Shown here: positions 63,598 to 64,000 of the stretch, in pieces
Position numbering within the stretch: the stretch's first letter is position 1
Layout of the letters: each line of letters opens with the position of its first letter
NCBI RefSeq assembly: GCF_006345805.1
Contig: NC_043011.1
Location: 12,784,464 to 12,848,463, forward strand
DNA from: Octopus sinensis
Lineage: Eukaryota
Length of the DNA stretch: 64,000 bases
Reading direction: 5' to 3'
Notes under the pieces: generated by a model
Database searches by the model: none
Told to the model about the DNA's origin: nothing
The model's input: the letters and a program-made list of their open reading frames with translations, nothing else
Made by a program: the position numbers and the translations under genes

Positions 63598-64000
63598 GAA
63601 AGTTTTATCCGAATCCATCCAACTGTTCTTGAGATATCTTGTCCACGGACAAATAAACACGACTGAAAACAATACCTCCGCTTTCGCTAAGACGGAGGTA
63701 ATAATAACCAACTGGCCTTGAATCAGACAAGTTTCGAAGTAGCTGGTTGTCCGTCCGCTTTGTTTGTACTTCGTGCATTTGCTCCTTTGCTTTTATGTAT
63801 TTCTTTATCCCAATTTTTATTTAATAAAGCGCAGAAAAGCAAACTTTTCCTAGCAAATCGCACAGCACATCTAAGAAAGATCAAATAGTCTCTGATGTAG
63901 AAGTGCATCGATTTATATCTATTTAATGCAATTTCCTTCTTTGATTCTCATCGTTTATTTTATATGACGTACCTTATAAGATAGTAAGGTGAATAAAAAT

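Overview
AT-rich, repeat-dominated eukaryotic (metazoan) DNA. The SINE families, (TA)n/(CA)n load and element repertoire look like an octopus (coleoid cephalopod) genome; this rests on recognition, not a database check. I found no intact protein-coding gene I can support, and most long ORFs in the track are microsatellite or antisense artefacts. The window holds decayed LINEs (RTE, CR1/L2-like, CRE-like, RLE/R4-NeSL-like, L1/Tx1-like), DNA transposons (Tigger, Tc1, mariner, Tol2-like hAT, Helitron-like, MITEs) and many tRNA-derived SINEs. Strongest unexplained signal: about 13 type I hammerhead-ribozyme (HHR) motifs of several families, most with a palindromic stem III. They sit in (TA)n-flanked Penelope-like (PLE) termini, and Penelope RT and GIY-YIG remnants occur in the window. 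Two HHR pairs lie in long fold-back structures, one a ~1.09 kb near-perfect palindrome that also duplicates flanking LINE DNA. Also notable: a four-copy MITE with 8-bp TSDs carrying variable telomeric (TTAGGG)n, and a shift from CpG-depleted DNA (left ~35 kb) to CpG-retaining DNA (right). All folds, alignments and counts were done by eye.
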